Shown one piece after another: positions 32,850-33,509 of a stretch of 33,509 bases of DNA. The notes under the pieces were generated by a model. That model was given only the letters and a program-made list of their open reading frames with translations. It did no database searches and had not been told where the DNA came from. Positions within the stretch are counted from its first letter, which is position 1, and each line of letters begins with the position of its first letter. Both the position numbers and the translations under genes were made by a program. Source of the DNA: Octopus bimaculoides (taxonomy: Eukaryota); assembly GCF_001194135.2 (NCBI RefSeq), contig NC_068999.1, positions 49,433,780-49,467,288 on the forward strand, written 5' to 3'.

Positions 32850-32930
32850 TACTTGCCCAAGGTGTCACGACGTTGGACTGAACCCGGAAGCATGTGGTTA
32901 GGAAGCAAGCTTCTTACCACACAACCACAT
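32850..32930 (-). mobile_element. SINE family B head fragment
   Basis: ACTTGCCCAAGGTGTCACG...GGACTGAACCCGGAAGCATGTGGTT...CTTACCACAC, similar to 31457-31530. Confidence 0.85.
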
Positions 32931-33466
32931 GAGAGCTCTAATATTTACTTTTCTTATCGTAAGCTTCAGTTTATTCACTGAGACGAATCGAGCGACATTT
33001 TTTTAGTTGAGTTCGATATCCTAAACAGAACTGCGTCCAAAAAACGGTTTCACATTTAACATTTGTAAGATTGAAATTAGAAAAGAACGACCAGAAAAAG
33101 GGAATGGTAATAAATGCCATCAGAAGTCTATGACGTTAGTAATGGTACATTTGCAACAAAATAGTCACGTGTTAAATCTATGGAACTAAAAGCCCGCACT
33201 AGAAACTGTGTCACATAATCCGGTGTCGCGACGAGGGATTAAACAATTAATTCATATTGCACACCACCTAACACGTGTGCGCGCACACTCATGTATGTAT
33301 GCATGAAAGCATATGTATATATCTATATATCTCTATATATATATGTATGTATGTGTGTGTATGCGTGCGTGTGTGAGTATATATATATATATATATATAT
33401 AAATATATATGATAGACATGTAGCTGTGTGTATTTGGTAGCGTACACAAATGGTTAAAATTAATGC

Positions 33467-33509
<43 letters not shown>

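Overview
This is eukaryotic, AT-rich, repeat-dense genomic DNA from a gapped short-read scaffold: 15 N-gaps total about 4.9 kb, and most large ones are flanked by (TA)n. The repeat landscape looks like an octopus (coleoid cephalopod) genome. That call comes from my recognition of the SINE and MITE sequences, not from a search. The one clear gene is an intact tRNA-Thr(CGU) at 2625-2698 (+), with an unusual U32. The rest is a mosaic of tRNA-headed SINEs from at least four families (labelled A-D here for convenience), a Helentron-associated (HINE/DINE-1-like) element with subterminal inverted repeats, Tc1/mariner and pogo-like MITE relics, a Penelope-like end, and many simple and compound microsatellites. 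No protein-coding gene can be firmly supported: almost every ORF in the supplied track is a microsatellite or N-gap translation. A few splice-signal-bounded candidate exons are flagged at low confidence, including one with recursive-splice-site architecture. I found no convincing evidence of a new multi-gene system. The best leads are modular SINE architecture, inverted SINE pairs as possible ADAR substrates, the HINE-like element and the candidate recursive splice exon.
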